NCBI RefSeq assembly: GCF_006345805.1
Contig: NC_043005.1
Span: 1,984,001 to 2,048,000, forward strand
Reading direction: 5' to 3'
DNA: 64,000 nucleotides
Source of the DNA: Octopus sinensis
Lineage: Eukaryota
Below, one piece after another: positions 56,782-64,000 of the stretch; within the stretch, counting starts at the first letter, position 1, and the number at the start of each line of letters is the position of its first letter. Below the pieces are notes generated by a model. That model saw only the letters and a program-made list of their open reading frames with translations. It did no database searches and was not told the origin of the DNA. Position numbers and translations under genes: made by a program.

Positions 56782-57987
56782 TATCACACGAAGCTGTATC
56801 TATCACACGAAACTGTATCTATCGCTGTATCTAAATATTTTGTGTTTCTGAGAATCTTCTGCCAAATAAAGAAATCAGCGTTATTTAAAAACAAACACAT
56901 TTCAGCAATAATGTTAAATTCTACTCCAGAGATAAGGCTTAGCGATAAGAATATGTAAGGACTGGCATATGGAATCCTTGATGCAGTTTGAAAAGCACTG
57001 GAAGCAATGTGGCGTGATACAAATCAGAAGCATCGAAGAATTTCATGGGAAAGTCGTCCTCTTACGCTGTTGAGAAAATCGCATTCGTAAGATGTGTTGA
57101 AACTCAGCAGAAAATATCAACAATAGTAGAAAGGCGAAAACATGGAAATAATGTTTCACCAGATTTCTGCACTACGTTAAAAATGTCATAATAGATTTAG
57201 TCAGAAGAATGGAGACAGAGTAAAATAAAACAAATAATAATGATACGAAGAATTTATTAGCGACAGGATTCCATGCATTCATGCAAATGAGATGATGAAG
57301 AACACGCGGGAGTAAACAAAATAAAGAGTTTTATACAAAAAAGAGGAAGAGTAAAGACTTTATACAATGGATCATTCAAAAATATTAAACACAGAAGAAA
57401 TATAAAATTATAAAAGTGGAAAGATATAACTTAAACAGTGAAAATATAAATTGGGTTATTTCTCTACCCCCACAAATATGTCAGAATCTATTAGCTACTT
57501 CGTGTCATAGAATCACACCATGTTGCTTGTTTACCCTTCGTCGTATTGATTTGAGGTCTACCCTAACCGCTTCCATTTTCTGTGTGTTGGCCATGGCAAC
57601 ATTCTCCAACTTCCTCTGGATTATTGATGCTTTCTGTTGTGATAAATCCTTGATGTTGTCTTCGCCAGTGTTTTAACATTTAAATACCTCCTGTAAACCA
57701 GTCTGAAATATTTCTCATCATTCAACATTGTCAACATTATCAATGTTGTAAGGGACTATTTTTGAGGTGGGAAAGCTATTTTACCAAAACTCTCAATCTG
57801 TAAAAATACCAATTTCGTTTGTAAAGTAAATATGTAATTTTCCACTTAAATATTTGTTGTTGTACAACAATTGTGAAATTTTAAAAAGTCATGAAAGCAT
57901 TCCTTATTTTCTGAAACTTGTCATTTTCCGTTTCGTTTATGTTCGAAGAACTTTTGGTCAAGCTATTGCATGGAAATGTTGTGCTAA

Positions 57988-58079
57988 TATTCTGGACAAA
58001 GAAACACTTCCTTTGACATACATCATCTGCCATATTCTGGACAAAGAAACACTTCCTTTGACATACATCATCTGCCATA
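57988..58079. repeat. perfect 45-bp tandem duplication
   Basis: TATTCTGGACAAAGAAACACTTCCTTTGACATACATCATCTGCCA twice. Confidence 0.95.
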
Positions 58080-60295
58080 GCTATTATTCACATACAATTC
58101 ATGTTTGCGAGTTGTATTCATATAAAGAGATAACTATTGAGCACATATTCACATGCACCTTCACAAATGCGAGAGTCTTTATGGGGTTACTCGATCTACT
58201 GGAAATACTAGCCATGTCTCTTTTAAATCAAAGAGTCACATCAAAGCGATGAAAAGAGAACCTTCACTAGGAACGTTTATGGCGAAATCCTCTACACTGT
58301 ATGAATACAAAGTTTGTAGAATATGAAATGAAAAGTTTTTAAAGCAAACATTTTTCGTTAAACCATTTGAAAAGATTATTTACGAAGCCTTCATTGAGAA
58401 AGACATCCTAGATTTCCAATAACTTGCGTAAATGAAAAGCTCATAATATAACAACTATTTTCTGAAAATAAAAATAGAATCGGCAAATGAAATTGCCCAT
58501 CCTTATTACCAGAGCAAACTATAAGACCCAAGAATCCTAAACTTGTATAGCAAAGCTATTATAGATACTTGTATGGTACCGCTTGAAGACCGGCTTCCAC
58601 CCCGTTTACATTTGTCGTCGTAGCGTTTGTTCTTTCGGGCTGTTCACTTTCATAATAAACAACGCACACCAAGAATACAGCTATAGCATAAAATTTGCAA
58701 GACGATAATACTGATAATAATAATAATAATAATAATATTAATAACAATAATAATAATTCTTTCTAATGTTTGGCACAAGGCCGGCTATTTTGAGAAGAGG
58801 GGCAAGTTGTTTAGATGGATCCCAGGGATGAAATTCAAACTCCACTTCTGTGGGATTTGAAATTGTGACATAAAGGGGCATAACTGAATACTGCATGATA
58901 TTTCTGTCTGGTAAGCAAAGAATGCTTGTGTTCTTGTGTATCACTATTCGGATTTCTTTTTCAGGATTCTCGAGTTTTGAATTAACGGAAAATTTGGTTT
59001 AAAGGGCAATTGGGAATTACCGAAAGTGAATTTTATTTTCCGCGAATTCCTAGACATATTGTTAATTCTAAGTCGCAAGACCACCTTAAAATACTTCAAC
59101 AAACGGTCTTTTATCTCATTTCATCATCGTTCAAAACGGAAGTTTCCGAGAAACTAATAGAATTGAAGAGAACGGACCGATTATGAACAGAATCAACCAA
59201 CAGAAAATGACCTTTTTTATGGAAAAATAGAAGAAATAACATCCGTACAAGTTGCCAGGAAAGAACGAAAGGATTCAACGTCGATTTGAAGAGAAAAATA
59301 TCGAAATTAGTGAAATAACTTCAAGAACAGAGAACTCAGAAATTCCTTAAATGCATAAATAACTGTGTAAAATCACATATGAATGTCCACTCATTCTGGT
59401 AAATTCTGGGATATGGAAATTACCAACATTTATGGAAGTTTATCGAGGAAAATAATTATCGGATTTCTTTAAAAAATTTTGTTTAAATTCAACTTTGGTT
59501 TGAAAAAATAATATAGTTTCAGATTTAATTGATGGAATCTCATGTTTAAATCTGAGAACAACATTAACCGCCAGCACTTATTGTGTGACGCACACATCTC
59601 TCTCTCGCTCTCTCTCTCTCCCTTTCTCTCTTTAAAATAAATTCAAATTTATGAGCCTTGTAACATTCGAGAATAAGAATCACAATGTAGATTTTGCAGT
59701 TACTAATAAGTTCACCAATTATGCCGATCGGATGCAAAGTGAACTTAGTGAAAGATTTCTGAGTGCAGAAGGATCCTTTTCTTTCGTAAATATCAAACAA
59801 AAGTGAAATTCTTCAGATATAAGTTGAAGAGAAATGTGGTCATGAATTGGAATTAATCAATAATACGAAATAGAATTGTTTATTTGTAATCTGAGAATGA
59901 TTCGTGTTCCTTCAATGCTGTATTGCCAAAGTTATGATCAATATAATACAATTTGTCGATCTTTCAGAGAATGAATTTTGTTATTCTTATCGTTGTATCA
60001 GCTTTGAAACCAATGAAAAATGAAGAAGAAAACAAGGCAGAACAAATGCAACTTAACCTCCACAGAAAGTTTATTAGTCCTTATTCTCGAAGAATCGAAT
60101 CGACCAGATACTTCAATGTATCACTTTCTGAGAGAATCAAACTGCAAACGAAAGAAATACTGACGAGATTCATGAAGTGTTCCAATATTACTCTTTGTTG
60201 ACTCCTTGTTTTGTTCAAAGAAATCTCAGAGCAAAATATTATCAAAGAATTGTAAGAAAAAAATGGTCATCGCTTTGTCGAAGGAATTTCTTGCT

Positions 60296-60329
60296 TTCCA
60301 TTCTGAACTCTATAGAGTTCAGAATGGAA
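60296..60329. repeat. perfect 34-bp palindrome without spacer
   Basis: TTCCATTCTGAACTCTA-TAGAGTTCAGAATGGAA. Confidence 0.97.
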
Positions 60330-61644
60330 GACTCCATCCAAAGAACTGTCGCTTACTACATGCAATGTTGCTTCTTGACACAAAACTATATCTTTAATGG
60401 GATTGAAAATATCTTTTTATCAATTAAAGAAAATATCTCCGTTCTTTACGTTTTCGTAAGTTGTTAGTTCCCCGTACAAGTATAAATAATTGTTAGTTTC
60501 CTAGACAAGTTTATATAATAATTTCCTAGCTAATATTTTTTTTTTAATGAAATAAATGTTTTGTTCCAGTAAACAAAATTCCAAGAGAGTTAAAAAATCA
60601 AAAAAATTTTCTTTTCTGCTAAAATGAAAGTTTTGGTTTTATATTCCCGATTTCTTGAGATTGATGAATTTCGGGAAATAGGGGAGCCTTAGTCGTTACG
60701 TTAAATATCTTGGTATGACAGAGCACATGTGCGCGCGCGAGCGTGTATGAGTATGTGAGTGTGTGTGTGTGTGTAATCAATAGATTATATAATTGTAATA
60801 CTGGTGTAATGTATTATTTGGTGCTTGTGGACGTTTCCCATCCACGCGTATGTGCATGCATTGGTCGGTCTTTTTGTGAGAGTTGTCTGTGTTTGTTTCC
60901 GTAAATGAGGAGTGAGAGCCTGAACGTATTTCTATGTGGTTGAGTGTGGGAAGTGCTGGTATACGGGGGTTTGAGTTTCACTCAATGAATGGGACCAGCT
61001 TTTAACGAGGCGGGGGTTTTATTTTCGGATTGCACTGAAGCAACTATTCTTATGTGGAATGCGTATTGCTACGGGTTGGTACATAAGAAGGAACAGATGC
61101 AGGCTGAAACATCTATAACAATGTTAATTGCTGATAGGGACATTGTATTTCATTTAACAACCATAAAATATTAGCAAGTTTATTAAATGTTTATAAGCCA
61201 ATGCTGCGTTCTATTTTTTCGTGCTAGCAGTGCGATTCAATCGCTTTGAAAGTTGTTTCAACATAGAATCGATAGAATTTAGAGCCAGAAGTGACAATTA
61301 CAACGTTTCGTATACGAATATGTCTACGTAAACAATGCGATTGAAAATAGGAAAATAGATGATGCTCTTGCTACTTTTTCAGCGCCACATCCAACCCACC
61401 AACATACATTGCTTAAATAGCAGCTGAGTTTCGGAGTGTGGAGCATGGGCGTGAGAGAGAGAGAGAGAGTGCGGTGAATGTGTGTGTGTGCTTGCGTGCC
61501 AGGATTTCTCGGCATTTTTTGGCTTGTGTGTGCTGGCATTAGTGTATTTGTAGGTGTGTTACAGTCGTACCATTGAGTGCCGAGTTTGCATGTTACAGTT
61601 TGTTGCACGTGTGGTGTCACAGTAACTCTTTCTCTCTTTCTCTG

Positions 61645-61960
<316 letters not shown>

Positions 61961-62069
61961 ACACACGTTTGTGTAAATTACGCAAATATGAAAATAACAT
62001 TTAATTCTCATTTTAACAGAGATATTTACCAAAATTACATAAAAACATTCTTGAAATACTAAAGAGTAA

Positions 62070-62440
62070 ATTTATTCAATAAAATCGCCATTTGGCTTCA
62101 ACCACAACCACCAGACGACTTCAGAATCTCCTGCAACTCTTCTAGACAGTCTTCTTGTTTAAGTTGGTGAATGTTGACGTAATCCTTGCTTTCATTTCAT
62201 CTTTGGTGTTACAAGGAATTTTGTTGGTCTCTCTCTCAACTGCGCCTCACACATAATAATGATGGGGGTTGCTGTCTGGGGAGTTAGATGGCCAGATGTT
62301 AAGAGTGATATGGTCGCAGAAATTGTCTGACAGCCATGACTGTGTTCTTGTGCTTGTGTGGCATGGTGCAGAGTCCTGTTGCTAGACTTAGGGTCTTCCA
62401 GCAGCTACCCTCTTGACCCAGGGCAGGACTACCTGCTTGT
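62070..62440 (-). pseudogene. maT-like (DD37D) transposase 3' fragment
   Basis: QQDSAPCH-(37 aa)-WPSNSPDSNPH(H for D)YYV...CRRF; several stops. Confidence 0.82.
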
Positions 62441-62469
62441 GAGAAGATGAATGGAGGCAGGCAGTGTGA

Positions 62470-62635
62470 GAAAGCACGCTATAAAATAAAACTACTGAAT
62501 AATAATAATAATAATAATAATGAACACTTTCCATACAATAACCATCAGAGCATCACAACAAATCACAGCACATACCCAAGGCACACAGAGCTGCGCTCGG
62601 TAGTGAAGTGAAAGCACGCTATAAAAATAAAACTA

Positions 62636-62638
<3 letters not shown>
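62470..62638 (+). mobile_element. two nested family-A 3' micro-fragments (62470-62497, 62522-62638), each with a TAA tail
   Basis: Near-identical to the family A 3' UTR; TAA tracts at 62498-62521 and 62639-62697. Confidence 0.9.
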
Positions 62639-62699
<61 letters not shown>

Positions 62700-63176
62700 T
62701 AAAAATTTTTTATCAGTCGCCAACATATAAAATACATCTATTAAGATGAATTCATTTATAGAGATTTATAACAGTATAAAATACAATTATAAACGCAAAT
62801 GCAAAGCTCCGAACCCATACAAATAGCACAAATCTACCCACATCGAATTTCGTAGCCTATTTCAGTATTTGTGTCATTTGGTCAGATTAGTTTGCTTTTC
62901 TGTGGATATGTATAAATGTTTGATTTATTTCCCTCAGTATGCTTTGCTGATGAGGGAAAGTCATTAGACTAATCCAGAAATTGATACAATCCAAGGCCAA
63001 CTGCATTATTTTATGAACTTCTGCCAGCCTACTCCCTCCATTTCAACACGTTTGTACTATAAAAGTGATGATTTTAAGTGGTTTGACGACGATTTAGCGT
63101 CTATTTTCAGCATATGCATGGTCTCTTCTATGCCATTAATTATAATCGTATTTTATACTATCATAAATCTGTCCCT

Positions 63177-63238
<62 letters not shown>

Positions 63239-63242
<4 letters not shown>

Positions 63243-64000
63243 TGTTGGACAAAATAACGGAAACATCTTAAAATTTCAAACAAATTTATTTTAATATGGG
63301 GTAGGACCGTCTTTGGAAGTAATAACAGCTTGAATTCTACGAGGAATGGACTCGTACAAAGTTTGAATTTTTTCCAAAGGATTTTTAGTTCATTCTTCAG
63401 CTAAAACACTCTCCAGTTCTTGTAGTGATGATTGTGGAGGATATCGACTCATTACCTGTTTTTCTAAAATGCACCATAAATATTCAATAATATTGAGATT
63501 TGGGGACTGTGGTGGCCAGGTAAGATGTTCAACTTCACTAGAACGTTCCTCGTGCCGTTCAATAACAACTTTAGCTGTGTGAATTGGTGCATTATCCGGC
63601 AGATTTCCAAGACATGGCCTCCCAGATCATCACAGATCCTCCTCCATGTTTAACAGTTGGAAGAATGCAGTCTGGGTCAAATGCTTCTTTTGGCTGTATC
63701 CACACGTATACTCGGCCTGTTGTCAGAAATAAGGTAATGCATGACTCGTCCGAGAAAAAGTTCTTCCACTGCTCTAGGGACCAATTCTGTAGGTTTTTAC
63801 TCCACTTTAAACGCTTCCTTTTGAAAGTAGTGGTCTTCTGATTGCAGCCGTCCTGTGAAATCTGGCTTTGTGCAGCTCCCGACGAACAGTTTTTGTGGAA
63901 ACTGGGTTCTTGAGGTGGTCATTAAGCTCTGCAGTAATTTTAGGAACTGTTTTTTGTGATCCTCTCTAACAATTCACGTAAGAGTCCGACGGTCCCTATC
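63239..64000 (-). mobile_element. Tc1-like element, internally deleted, runs off window end
   Basis: Terminus CAGATGTTGGACAAAAT after (TA)n. Minus strand encodes FFSDES, VKHGGGSVMIW, DNAPIH and WPPQSPNLNIIE. Confidence 0.88.

Noticed and set aside
59000-60460. Possible hAT (Buster/Charlie-like) transposase relic
   Set aside because: Weak similarity with many stops; needs a profile search.
62927-62960. CTGATGAG within the hairpin TTTCCCTCA...TGAGGGAAA
   Set aside because: No stem II or stem III geometry for a hammerhead; a simple hairpin.

Overview
AT-rich, microsatellite-dense animal DNA. The SINE families and repeat profile suggest a cephalopod such as Octopus (inference). No intact host gene is evident. 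The window is dominated by two clusters (1-13.2 kb and 38.7-50.4 kb) plus a mini-cluster (62.5 kb) of R4/Dong-clade non-LTR retrotransposons (Myb-like N-terminus, RT with QGDxxSP and YxDD, CCHC knuckle, RLE endonuclease). At least six families (A-F here) are inserted head-to-tail into (TAA)n tracts. Also present: a Penelope-like RT, several Penelope-type minimal hammerhead motifs (two inside fold-back elements), four Tc1/mariner-type elements plus a maT fragment, MITEs, a Helitron relic and two tRNA-headed SINE families. Highlights: a twin-priming-type 5' inversion in an RLE element, self-seeding of TAA landing pads, paired copies with complementary lesions that allow full ORFs to be rebuilt, an in-frame (GAA)48 expansion, and a SINE-plus-flank segment copied 41 kb away. 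Coordinates were read by hand; element ends may be off by a few bases.
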